Source: Candidatus Poseidoniales archaeon
Lineage (GTDB): Archaea; Thermoplasmatota; Poseidoniia; Poseidoniales; Poseidoniaceae
Reading direction: 5' to 3'
DNA length: 64,000 bases
NCBI GenBank assembly: GCA_038110525.1
Contig: JAYNJV010000006.1
Coordinates: forward strand, 444 to 64,443
Shown: positions 9,001-16,299 of the stretch, one piece after another
Layout of the letters: each line of letters starts with the position of its first letter
How positions within the stretch are numbered: position 1 is the stretch's first letter
Program-made: the position numbers and the translations under genes
Notes under the pieces: model-generated
What the model saw: the letters and a program-made list of their open reading frames with translations, nothing else
What the model was told of the DNA's origin: nothing
Databases searched by the model: none

Positions 9001-11172
9001 CCGCACCAGAATATCTGGGCCATCGTTGCTGATGAACCCGTTATCCCCAAAATTCGTATTGATATCTTTCACCATCCACGTTGCGTTTGAAGAAAGATTG
9101 TAGGCGTACAACTCCCTGTATGTGCGTGCTGAAAAGTACACCACATTGTCGACGACGACGGCTTCGTTGAGGTTGACCTGCAACCCAAGTGAAGAATTGA
9201 CTTGGTATGACGTGTTGGATGTGATGTTGTACGCCCACAGGCCAGTGTAACGAAACACGATGATATCATCTGAAACCATCTTGACTTGATCATCAAAGCC
9301 GTAAGTCGACGAGGACGTCGACCCGCCAGTAACATCGTGTAGCATACTGGTCTGGTTCGTAGCGATTGTGTGTTTGTAAAGGTCCCAGCGGTACGTGCCA
9401 AATTCCTGTGCCGTGAAATACACCGTGCCGTTGTGATGGATGAGGTTTTTCAAATTTGAAAAGGAAGTCGAGGGTGTCGTTGAATTCGATAAAAATTCAA
9501 GTTCAAAAGAGGTCCCATTGAATCGGTACAGCCCCTCACCTGGCCCATTGGTGTCCTCACCGTAGAGATAGAAATCGTCACCGACCTTCAGCGGTGATGG
9601 AGGGAACGACTTCGTTCCCGTGACTGGCCAACCAGTACCGCAGCAAGTGAAGGTTGGTAATTCAAAACCTGCACCACCAACTCTCCACGCCGTTCCGTTC
9701 GAAGTGTTGTATGCCCACAACTGGTCCACCAAAGAAGAAACATAGCTGTCGAATAAGAGGACGTCGTCAATGACGTACAAGAACGTATAGAATCCACCAG
9801 AATGCGTGAGTTCTTTCCACGTCGTTCCGTTGTTCAAATTATGCATGTACAAATCGTTGTTGTCGTTGAACATGATGACATCGTCATCAAACATCACGTC
9901 ATAGCCATCCAACTGGGATATTCTGTTGCCAAAACCCGAAGAGGAGTATGCCTCCGTGATGTTCCAATACGAACCGTTGCCGTAGATGGCCGAGGCGTCT
10001 TCGCCCTCAACGTACCCGAAGGTGATGGGATCCATAGCCGCGTTAAGAGGGAGTTTTGCCCCGTCAACGACCGACTGCCACAATTCAAAATCTACTTCGC
10101 CGGGAGCCACATTAAGAATGATGTTGGCGGTTGCTGAAAAAGCAACGCCATCCACGGTCGAATTTGCATACATCGTGTAGGTGCCACCGCTCATGATTTG
10201 AGTTGGTATGCCCGAAAGCACGCCTGATGCATTCACGCTCAAACCTGAAGGAAGTGTTGGGTCGACCTCGAAGGTCGCACCATCTGGAATAGATGTGGGT
10301 GCAAAGGTGAGGGAATCGTATTGCGTTCCATTGACATAATAGACAGTGCTTGAACCCGACCAAACGCCACCAGAAAAGGTGAAGCGGCGTGCTGAATCAA
10401 GAGGTACGGGGTCACTTGCGGTCGTGGTCAATTGGGGCGCTCCATCGTTATCACCGTCGTGACAGGCAAAATCGCCGTTCAAATTCTGATTTGAGGTTGA
10501 CGTTCCAAACCAGTTGAATGACGGCGTTCCGTTGCGGTCCATGTCATGGTCTTCAAGCACGTCCCAAGGCAAAATCATGGTCAACAAGTAATCATCATCT
10601 CCGCCAAATGAAGAGTCTGCAACCGATGAGTTCCAGTAATCGCTTGCTGGGGTAAGTTCGACCGATACGCTGTCTGCGGAATCGGTTGGGCTATCGGCAG
10701 TTGTTGTGACGGTGTTGTTGTATATCTTTAGAGAATCTGAACCTGAGCCATAGTATGAAACAAGGTGTTCGTAGGTGCTTTTGTTTCCATCGGTATCAAA
10801 CTCCATGCCCCACATGAACGATTGTAGACTTGTTCCTTGGCTGTTGGTAGGTGTTCCATCGAGACGAAGTTGAATAAACACAGAAGTCGCATTCGATGCT
10901 GTTTGTACGGCAGGGTACGATGCGTTTCCAACGATATCAAGAGCGTCGTTGTTCCCGTTGTCCCCCTGAACATCGGACATGACTTCATACCCGCAAGTCA
11001 TAGCAGAGAAGGCAAGTCCACTTGGTAGTGCAGTTGATTTCGCTGGCACATACTCTTCGTCGAGTGTTTCATACCACGGATTGAGGATGCTAAGGTATCC
11101 CACTTGAGCCATAAATATCATCATCAATGAAAACACAATTGCGTTTCTTGTTTTGACATATGCTTCGCTCAT
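1..11172 (-). CDS. Giant multidomain cell-surface protein (>3,724 aa, truncated by window edge): signal peptide, putative Ig (He_PIG-like) repeats, ELWxxDGT-like propellers, RCC1 repeats, thrombospondin type-3-like DxDxDG repeats, TM helix, K/A/E-rich cytoplasmic tail
   Basis: ATG at 11172 (MSEAYVKTRNAIVFSLMMIFMAQVGYL...). The same frame still reads sense at position 1 (...VLGKATTSEVKEEVKKGAET). No minus-strand ORF in the track uses this frame, which implies no internal stop. Motifs translated by hand: PSLPxGLSxxxxxxTISGTP (Ig), HSCALLANSSLYCWGENGYGQLG (RCC1), GRELWAHNTSN, many DxDxDG, hydrophobic GLCFLPLLFLLLLLLLVLLYRE near 1150-1210. Confidence 0.9.
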   Translation of the reverse strand, partial: MSEAYVKTRNAIVFSLMMIFMAQVGYLSILNPWYETLDEEYVPAKSTALPSGLAFSAMTCGYEVMSDVQGDNGNNDALDIVGNASYPAVQTASNATSVFIQLRLDGTPTNSQGTSLQSFMWGMEFDTDGNKSTYEHLVSYYGSGSDSLKIYNNTVTTTADSPTDSADSVSVELTPASDYWNSSVADSSFGGDDDYLLTMILPWDVLEDHDMDRNGTPSFNWFGTSTSNQNLNGDFACHDGDNDGAPQLTTTASDPVPLDSARRFTFSGGVWSGSSTVYYVNGTQYDSLTFAPTSIPDGATFEVDPTLPSGLSVNASGVLSGIPTQIMSGGTYTMYANSTVDGVAFSATANIILNVAPGEVDFELWQSVVDGAKLPLNAAMDPITFGYVEGEDASAIYGNGSYWNITEAYSSSGFGNRISQLDGYDVMFDDDVIMFNDNNDLYMHNLNNGTTWKELTHSGGFYTFLYVIDDVLLFDSYVSSLVDQLWAYNTSNGTAWRVGGAGFELPTFTCCGTGWPVTGTKSFPPSPLKVGDDFYLYGEDTNGPGEGLYRFNGTSFELEFLSNSTTPSTSFSNLKNLIHHNGTVYFTAQEFGTYRWDLYKHTIATNQTSMLHDVTGGSTSSSTYGFDDQVKMVSDDIIVFRYTGLWAYNITSNTSYQVNSSLGLQVNLNEAVVVDNVVYFSARTYRELYAYNLSSNATWMVKDINTNFGDNGFISNDGPDILVRNGKLYFIGLSGAQDINDNYRIWVHDTQENTTYSIDNGYNNGRSASWFHGFTRDQLFYHFDSNYDSTLMYDISTNETSFALSNPGQYWAFVDDVFVYQKTSDNKMYAYSPEELSVVSFDAVAGASCSIYPSLPTGLSLNQGNCTVSGTPTSVTPMTNFTLTATISGTIYSSMFWLVTDYLPLSPSVSGLETNIGETIEPITFGVPTGAEAGDGGWDTPYNNNFRTLLTGDYHSCAVKAGGSVACWGENADGQIGTSSTSTDYLSPELVDLPPGSPAVAVPVYAADHSCALLANSSLYCWGENGYGQLGIGSTASSVVTPTHVPLPNGRTVASIHADHNHACVVLDDGSALCTGYNSDRQLGIGNTTTMREYTPVNVLPSGAKVVDMALSAYSTCALLENGDVMCWGRNSQSQLGQGDTTTYTTAKKAILPDGNIIAIEGTVRSVCALYENGSVACWGENSPKGERGVGSSASNTSIAGFTNPMPGNLSAKSLFAGDTTFCVILSNGSVACWGDADAAYSTTSSNVLEPTLIPWPHGSVRAVELSVGWYHACALLENGSMWCWGQGDRGQMGDGTTNSGPAFVDIGKIAGPPASLSTATCSVQPSLPAGLTLAQGTCTISGTPTALSTNQTYTVYANTSQGTLRGQVWIGVDEMLLFPSKEGAELLIGKAMANITFQYNASAASGSGSGMTNVTGALSCTVSPSLPSGLSIDSSTCTISGTPTVTTSRTTYTVTANISNETYQVDIWLKTSPFATLTSSVDGAALELGATMTPISLEYFLTNAANITMEEWVDYGNDSTWRVANIYASYLNSLPGQYMSIVVGDSIYFDATDGDGAELWAHNTSNHSTWQVADIRSGSGSSEPGGPMSIVVGDTIYFDAVDGSTGRELWAHNTSNHSTWQVANLDGGSSSSTPSQYMCNILVGDTIYFDASPGQGSELWAHDTSNNSTWQVTNIYSLGSSAPGAYMCILVGDTIYFDAVDGSTGKELWAHNTSNHSTWQVADIRSGSDPSTPGRYMSIVVGDTIYFDAFDGSTGRELWAHNTSNHSTWQVADIQSSSSSSTPGRYMSIVVGDTIYFDADDGNWTELWAHDTSNKSTWQVADIRTSWGDSNPGQHMSIVVGDTIYFDADDTSTGRELWAHDTSNHSTWQVANIASSSNNGNPGAMMSILVGDTIYFDAYDGSKGTELWAHDTSNHSTWRVTDISPGSRTTEPGRYMAALVGDTLYFSATHNTGSSSTTTGVELWAHQPGEIQVISLQSAIWETEPQLPDGMSLTSGSISGTPSVYASNQTYTVYVNQNNYSFTLDLWFTVDTDNPHTVVENVTIDPIGFHPPFWNGTTTWTVSPALPSGLSMDSATGEITGAVNGTLANTTFTVTATHNGSATETFTFNLESLADYDGDGLPNDLPPDYDTNDPPTSGLVADDDDDGDGLPDANETDTGTYVNESDTGTDPLDPDTDDDGVCDGPNAITGVCVAGPDTNLGPLVVTTPIVLVNNTAVAEIDPFYAPTGATYGLSPALPSSLQFDASNGSIWGTPDVVMGNTSYTMWANVSGGASMQWTFYLAVLDDFDGDGLPDVLPGDYNGSEDPIRSAPGLEEDLDDDADGLPDTNETDTGIYVNESDTGTDPLDPDTDDDGICDGPNAVPGVCIAGPDTNTGPPVISTPIVLVNNTAVTEIDPFFVVSGATYSLSPSLPTSLQFDASNGSIWGTPDMVMTNTSYTMWANLSNGVSAQWTFYLTVLDDFDGDGLPDVLPGDYNGSEDPIRSAPGLEEDLDDDGDGYNDSVETDTGMYLDENNTGTDPLDPDTDDDGICDGPNAIPGICAAGPDPAPFGPTATVVAVNNTAIPNVPPYYVGSGLSYQIMPSLPAGLSIDPATGVISGTPTETIGNTTFTVFANHTGGNSYSWDFTIEVLEDTDGDGDPDTLPIDYDGNEDSIRGPPGLTEDLDDDNDGLPDLNETDTGIWNGEGDTGTDPLNPDTDGDGFCDGPASEVYDRLGNLVCRGPDPDPHDPTDPLDTDGDMYPDDDPDGEGGLEADDDDDNDGYPDISEDACNSDSKNATSIPEDMDGDAICDGDDLDMDGDGIDNLNETGLPIGTDPDNPDTDGDGVCDGPESPVTSNCTAGPDAFPLDPSASKDTDGDGKPDDLVPGVNSTSDPALIEDLDDDDDGWDDLDEIACGTDSLNETDIPVDLNGDGLCDVLDDDWDDDGIPNANETNTSIYVNETDTGTDPWNPDTDGDGYCDGSIGVMNGSEVVCVAGPDPYPNDPTQPVDTDGDGLPDELPDDYDGELIEDTDDDGDGVEDVDDLYPLNPGADTDTDGDGRPDEVRQDVNTDPSLIEDLFDDDAEDDGWSDLDEIACGTDPQDDTDEPGDIDEDGICDALDTEDNRDDLDGDGWSNVDELLCGTDEDDDSSVPKDSDLDGICNAFDPPILVYTNPNATRQYNTSDMWILLNESIVLTPFLDGILADTWEINGTLPEGLNFTGQARSGDGSIFGTPTELMNMTTYFITASNSLTGESISFMLNLSVVEDTDLDGLPDNDPDGPDGIIEGDLDDDNDGWPDTVEEQCETDSSDQSDTPADLVDDNNQCLENYVGTGDPSDEPFGYGLCFLPLLLLLLLLLLVLLYREREVLVGPEPEFTDAEPKFQSGQGTQSDPFVLKSPKPIKHGESVVSKELITFTNMSPNIKFPISDLGNEANRTRFKMIDERGSEEGVFEAHGDEEGTSSIRIMFDDSFENTREGGTFQGLLKIGLNSVYVMWEVEVKPDKEYLKELKKQEKEAEKQRKKEEAEAKKKAEADAKAKAEADAKADEEAKAKADAEAKAEEEAAAALLVAKKEEEEAEKKAKKEAEAAEKNEKKEAEKEAKAKADAEAKAKKEAEAAEKKAKEEAEKEAKAKADAEAKAKAEEEAAALLIAKKQEEEAEKEAKAKADAEAKAKAEKEEAEKEAKAKAEADAKAKAAAAKPATKEAKKEEEIERVKERAKSIDFKVLGKATTSEVKEEVKKGAET
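95..720 (-). repeat. Low-complexity Lys/Ala/Glu repeat (AEAKAKAEKEA-like) encoding a charged helical tail of the giant protein
   Basis: Repeated ggcttttgcctttgcttc / ttcagcatctgc units. The Ser/Ala/Phe-rich + strand ORFs here are its antisense shadow. Confidence 0.85.
3690..4740 (-). repeat. ~522-bp tandemly duplicated module (Ig domain + TSP3-like repeats) inside the giant ORF
   Basis: cgagcgaattgggtcctctgaaccgttgtaatcgcctggcaagacatcgggtaatccgtcgccgtcaaagtcgtcgagaacgg occurs at 3721 and 4243. ctgcagtgttgttgacaagaac recurs at the same 522-bp offset. Confidence 0.9.
5270..6620 (-). repeat. Tandem 147-150 bp coding repeats (ELWAH beta-propeller blades, ELWxxDGT-like)
   Basis: cccacaattc (ELWAH on minus strand) at about 5277, 5445, 5595, 5745, 5892, 6042, 6189, 6339 and 6489, each with gcatcaaaatagatgg (IYFDA) nearby. 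Confidence 0.9.
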
Positions 11173-11283
11173 GTAATTGGTATGAATTCTATGTTCATAT
11201 ATATTGAACCTATCATAACTTGCAAACATATGTTTAATAACTTTGAAATAGCACCCAAATTCCTATCATGAACGGGTGACAGT

Positions 11284-11940
11284 GTGTCAGATGGTTTAAG
11301 GTACCTCCAAGTTTTCGTTTCAGTCGAACAAGGAAAAAATCTTCCTGGTGCAGACCTCACCATGTTGTTCGATCGTGTCAGTCTCATCACACCAGATTGT
11401 ATTGTGACCAGCGAACCATGCTATGTGTTGCAGTTTGAAGGGGACTTCTCCAATGGCTATGAACATGCAAAAGAAACAAGTGCAACAAAACTCATTCACA
11501 CCTACAGTGTTTCTGATACTACACTCATCGCCTCCTGTATTCTGACGGGTCCGATTCCGAGGCTTGTCCACGAAATCGAAGGGGCTTGGCTTCAAACCCC
11601 AAGTACATTGCTTCGAAGTAACGGGTTGATGATGACCGTCTTAGGAACAACAGAAGGTCTCAATGAAGTCCGAATTGGACTTGATAGGATGATTCCAGGA
11701 GATATAAAATTGAGAATCACGACCAACGTCAAAGCGGACTGGGTCGCAGCCCCGCACTTACCTGAGCGAAGAAAAGAAGTCATTGATTTGGCTGTCCAGA
11801 TGGGGTATTATCATACCCCGAGAAAATGTACACAACGCGATATTGCAAACGCCCTCGATGTTCGTCAAGGCACAGTAGCAGAGCATTTGCAATCTGCTGA
11901 AGGACTCATCATCAAATCCTGGTCAGACCAGACCAAATGA
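11284..11940 (+). CDS. HTH_10 (bacterio-opsin activator-type HTH) transcriptional regulator
   Basis: C-terminal AVQMGYYHTPRKCTQRDIANALDVRQGTVAEHLQSAEGLII matches the archaeal HTH-10 pattern GYYxxPR...LA..L......EHL..AE. Confidence 0.85.
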   Translation: MSDGLRYLQVFVSVEQGKNLPGADLTMLFDRVSLITPDCIVTSEPCYVLQFEGDFSNGYEHAKETSATKLIHTYSVSDTTLIASCILTGPIPRLVHEIEGAWLQTPSTLLRSNGLMMTVLGTTEGLNEVRIGLDRMIPGDIKLRITTNVKADWVAAPHLPERRKEVIDLAVQMGYYHTPRKCTQRDIANALDVRQGTVAEHLQSAEGLIIKSWSDQTK

Positions 11941-11942
11941 TA

Positions 11943-12644
11943 TTACAGAGTATTGAGCAACACGATGGCGAGCAAAACAAACATCAACCCACCGATGGTC
12001 TTGAACATCATTTTTCCACGCTTTTCGTCCATCGCAAACGAACTCAAGCGGCCACCTAAAATCGTCCACATCGTCATAGCAAGAATTCCTCCAGGTACCG
12101 TCAAGGCTGTAACCAAGAGAATGTCGACAATTCCAGAACCGTTGTCGAGAACTTGAAGCAAAACTGCACCCACAAGTGTCCATTCTTTGCCGTTGATAAA
12201 TTGCATCATCATGCCTGTTTTGAAGCCTAATTGGGGTATTGAAGTGGTCTTGAAAAGAGCAGAATAGGAGTGGTGCTCTGCAGTAATTTGTTGCTGAATA
12301 GAAGAGGGTTGAAGGGTGAAGACCTTGAGAGCAATGAGCATGAGAAACAGAATCCCAACAACTTCGAGGGCTATCTTTCCTGGATGGTCGGCATCGACAT
12401 GGAGCACGACAAATCCAGCGACGATGTGAACGATAAGAAAGCCTAATGCCATACCCGATATGAGACGAATGTTTGCCTTTGGACCGTGTATCGAACTGTG
12501 AACAATGCAGGTCATATTGTTCGGACCGGGCGTCACGACACCGATGGTCAAGATTCCAAGAATCAAGTACAACGATTCTGCTTCGATGAGACCACGCCCT
12601 TCTGGTTCTGAACTCTTATTCTTCTTCTCCAATCTTTGGGTCAA
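11943..12644 (-). CDS. LysE/RhtB family translocator
   Basis: TPGPNN motif after the first TM, G...QFINGK motif, about 6 hydrophobic segments. Start codon uncertain. Confidence 0.8.
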   Translation of the reverse strand: MTQRLEKKNKSSEPEGRGLIEAESLYLILGILTIGVVTPGPNNMTCIVHSSIHGPKANIRLISGMALGFLIVHIVAGFVVLHVDADHPGKIALEVVGILFLMLIALKVFTLQPSSIQQQITAEHHSYSALFKTTSIPQLGFKTGMMMQFINGKEWTLVGAVLLQVLDNGSGIVDILLVTALTVPGGILAMTMWTILGGRLSSFAMDEKRGKMMFKTIGGLMFVLLAIVLLNTL

Positions 12645-14166
12645 CGGTCAGAGCACGTTTGTGTTTTGGCATATTTTTGAAAACGATGATTGCGGCTAAG
12701 AAGGCAATGCCAGCAGAAACCATGGCTGATGTGGTCATACCGTCCATGAAGGCGACACGCGCTGATGCGATGAGTTCCCCGCCAAGCGGATTTCCGTTTT
12801 GCAACAATTCAGCACCGACGCGCATTGCGGTGGGAAAGGACTCTGAGGTTGCAGCCTCAAGTGTTGGGTCATTCAACCCGCTTGGGAAGACAAAGGAACG
12901 CTGGTAAAATTCGTTGAGAACCGAACCTCCTATCGCAATACCAAGTGCCCCGCCAATTTCCCTGCTTGCATCATTGGTGGCTGAGCCGACGCCGGTTTTG
13001 TCCTCTGGAATTTCTTCCATCACGAGTTCGGTTGACGGTGCCATCGTGAGTCCCATCCCAAGACCGAGCATGAAGAACATGAGGGCAAGACGAAGATAGG
13101 CAGTATCAACAGACACGGTGGTAAAGATGAGCATGCCCACGGTCACAAGACACAATCCACTCCCCACCACACGATTTCGTCCGAACTTGTTCACGAGTTT
13201 GTCACTGTTCGCAGCGGCTGGCATCAAACCGAGGGGTAATGGAAGAAATCGAACTGCTGCCTCAAGAGGTGTGTTTCCCCTCACGAGTTGAAAATGTAGC
13301 ATTTGTGTAAACATGAATGAAAACATGACAAAGAACGCAAGGCTGATGGCAAGAAGGCCTGTTGAGAATCCTTTGTTTTGAAAGAAATCCAATGGTAACA
13401 TCGGGTGCTCATTCCTCTTTTCCCACCATACGAACAAACCGATGAACAACAACGAAAGCATCGCAATTCCTGCAGTTTCTATGCTTGTCCATCCGAGCCT
13501 TGGAGCCTCGATAATAGCGTACAAAAAGGAAGAAAGGGCGAGGATGGAGAAGAGAGCACCCATCAAATCGAGTTTAGTTTGATGTTTGTCTTTGGATTCT
13601 GGAACGAACATGACGCCGAGAATCAAAGCGAGAACGATGAAAGGCACATTGATCCAAAATACCATTTGCCAATCATAGTGCTCCACAGCCCAACCACCAA
13701 CAAAGAGGCCTATGGGCGCACCAATGCCGGCCATTGCTGCCCAAATACCAATGGCTTTGCCGCGTTCGCTTGGTGGAAAGACATTCATCACAATCGACAG
13801 TGTTGCGGGCATGACAAGAGCTGCTCCAATGCCCATGAAGGCTCGAGCACCAATCACATCTGTTGATGTGTCAGCATACGTCGCCGTCCATGCGGATGAG
13901 CATCCTACGACGATAAGACCAAGTTGCAAGGCTCGTTTTCTGCCGAAGCGGTCGCCAAGAGCACCCATGGTGAGGAGAGCCCCGCCAAAGACAAGGGCAT
14001 AGGCATCCATAATCCATTGCAATTCGGAGTTGCCCGCACCTAAATCCTTGGAGAGTTCTGGAAGGGCGACATTGAGCGTAACATTGTTGAGCATCACGAT
14101 GACAAGGCTGAGACTCATGATGCCGAGAATGGCCCATCGACGTGGGTGTCCTTCTGTATTGACCAT
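12616..14166 (-). CDS. MFS transporter, DHA2 (EmrB/QacA-like) efflux family
   Basis: LNVALP, LQWIMDAYAL, GALGDRFGRKR (motif A), RAFMGIGAALVMP; about 14 TMs. Confidence 0.92.
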   Translation of the reverse strand: MVNTEGHPRRWAILGIMSLSLVIVMLNNVTLNVALPELSKDLGAGNSELQWIMDAYALVFGGALLTMGALGDRFGRKRALQLGLIVVGCSSAWTATYADTSTDVIGARAFMGIGAALVMPATLSIVMNVFPPSERGKAIGIWAAMAGIGAPIGLFVGGWAVEHYDWQMVFWINVPFIVLALILGVMFVPESKDKHQTKLDLMGALFSILALSSFLYAIIEAPRLGWTSIETAGIAMLSLLFIGLFVWWEKRNEHPMLPLDFFQNKGFSTGLLAISLAFFVMFSFMFTQMLHFQLVRGNTPLEAAVRFLPLPLGLMPAAANSDKLVNKFGRNRVVGSGLCLVTVGMLIFTTVSVDTAYLRLALMFFMLGLGMGLTMAPSTELVMEEIPEDKTGVGSATNDASREIGGALGIAIGGSVLNEFYQRSFVFPSGLNDPTLEAATSESFPTAMRVGAELLQNGNPLGGELIASARVAFMDGMTTSAMVSAGIAFLAAIIVFKNMPKHKRALTVDPKIGEEE

Positions 14167-14430
14167 ATTTCCTCGCCAATTCTTCTTGCATTTAATGGCG
14201 CACCTTCAACGATGGCAATGAGAGGGTTTTCTATCAGGAGAGGTCGTCGGCGTTATTCAAACCAATCACCAAATCCGCCATTGACAAAACGAAGTGGCCG
14301 TCCATGAGCAAAAACGAAGGTCGACTCGGAGACAAATTCCACACCGAATCTATGTTTGGATGGTCATTGACCTCGATGACAACGGAGCAACATGGTCGAT
14401 TCAAATCAAAAATTGAGGATTTGGTGACAA

Positions 14431-15913
14431 CTACAAGGTTGAAGGCCCGCCAGCCATGAGGTTTGGCAGTTGACGAAGTTCGCCGTACAGAGCAGGACCT
14501 GTGATGAGCGTGCCAGCAATGCCGATTTCACCGTTGGTGTTGTGTGACAAGGCAATCCATGGTCTGCCCTCATCATCGATTTCAACATCGATAAAATCGC
14601 CAAAACCACCACAGCGGACATCCCCGCAATCGTCGGTGATGTCAAGTGGGTCATCGACAGCGTTGACAGCTACGGTGGTGATGAGGGGGTTTTCTGCAAA
14701 GGCGTCGGTCATGATGGACATGTAGCCTGACCACCCGCCGTTGTCATCGCCTTCGCCAATGTATCCGACCACAACTCTGCCTTCTTCTCCAGCAAAAATG
14801 GTTGGAAAACCGGTTTCATTCACTCCTGGTGGAGCCATCATCATCGGCTTCGACCATGTGTCGCCTTGGTCACGAGAATATGCCATCCAAGGCATTTGGT
14901 CGGTGCTGATCCACGACGCAAACAGGTTGCCCGCCTCGTCGGTGGCTACAGCAACTTCGTGACTGTGCCAACCTTGTTGCATTTGAACTTCGGTGGTGAT
15001 GGTGTGTTCGGTCCATGTGAAGCCTCCATCGACACTGCGGTAGACTGCTGGACCGTCGCATGAAGGATTTCCGCGGTAAATGGCTCCGTCGTTTGAACCT
15101 GCCAAATGTCCGTGCAAACCAGAACATTGTGAGACACCGAGGGGGTAGCCTGGTCGTTGAATATCCCACGTCAAGCCACCGTTAAACGAACGTGAACATT
15201 GTGGTCCTGCAGCCGAAGAGCCCGTGTTGATGCAGAAAACAAAGATGGTATCGTACGACCCAAGGTCGTCAACATCCAGAGTCGATGCAATCGATTGGTG
15301 GTCTTGAGGACTGTAATAGCCTTCGGCGGAAAATGGAATGGACCATGTTTGTCCGTCATCGTCTGAAAATTCCACAAACATGGCCGTGAGAGCATGCATA
15401 TCGAATTTGACAATTCGGTCGGTCCACTTATCGACATAGATGTACGGGTCATTCGAGGATGGCACTTGTCCGAAATCAGGGAACACGGGGTTGAACGGTC
15501 CGTTGTTGACCCATGTTTGACCTTGGTCATAGGAGGAATACACCATGGTTCCTCGTCCCGTTCCTCCATAGGATGAGAAGTGGATGCCACCGGTCGAGGT
15601 GATGCCAATGGTTGGCTCAAACGTCGTATCGCCGATGCCGTAGTATGTTCCCAACGCAGGATAGGGGGTTGAATTGCCTGTAAGATTATCAAAGCCAATG
15701 GTGAAATTCGAAGCGTTGACTGCCCCCGGGTAATGATACCAGGTGGTTGAGGTAAACAGTTCATCGAAAGGTGTTGTAAGGGCTTGTTCCGTGGTCTCTT
15801 CTTGGTTGCCAAAACAACCCGCAAGCATCTGCGTCGAAAGCAGAACCAGCACAAAGAAAACCGATAGACGCATGGTTCGGGGTGCAAACATCTTCTTCAT
15901 CAATACTCCCATT
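14431..15913 (-). CDS. Secreted lipoprotein with Asp-box (BNR) repeats, sialidase-like beta-propeller
   Basis: Lipobox LAGC; Asp boxes SYDQGQTW, SDDDGQTW, SFNGGLTW, SVDGGFTW, SRDQGDTW. Start codon uncertain. Confidence 0.8.
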
Positions 15914-16024
15914 CGATGTTGAGTCTTTGACCTCAGCCAAACAACATCGTTCAATCGATTCAGGTGAAGTCTCGTTTCATCATCAAAAACTGTTGTTTAA
16001 GAAGGGTCGGCAAAGAAGGATGCG

Positions 16025-16279
16025 ATGGATATGATTCAACAACGACCCCACTACACACCTGTGCGCGCCTACGACAAAACTTGGGAGGACATCGAGCTCA
16101 TGCTTGAGCGGGCCGAGAAAAAGCGTCGCGAATGGCGTTCTTGGTACGATGTGTGCAAAAAGGACGATGACAAAGAGGGGATGAAAGAGGCCGCTCGGAA
16201 TTACAAAGCCCTTGAAGGCGTTGTCAAAACACTTGAGTGGGTTCTTGGCCAAGACGGCATCGAAGACCCGCTTCAGTGA
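16025..16279 (+). CDS. Small hypothetical helical protein (84 aa)
   Basis: Clean ORF filling the gap between two minus-strand genes; protein-like charged helical composition; no family recognised. Confidence 0.7.
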   Translation: MDMIQQRPHYTPVRAYDKTWEDIELMLERAEKKRREWRSWYDVCKKDDDKEGMKEAARNYKALEGVVKTLEWVLGQDGIEDPLQ

Positions 16280-16299
16280 TGTTCATTACGAATGTTCGT

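Noticed and set aside
978-11028. Dozens of short ORFs on both strands
   Set aside because: All lie in alternative frames of the single giant ORF and have no independent motifs.
14200-14430. Possible ~40-aa + strand ORF between the MFS and Asp-box genes
   Set aside because: Short, no convincing start context or recognisable motif.
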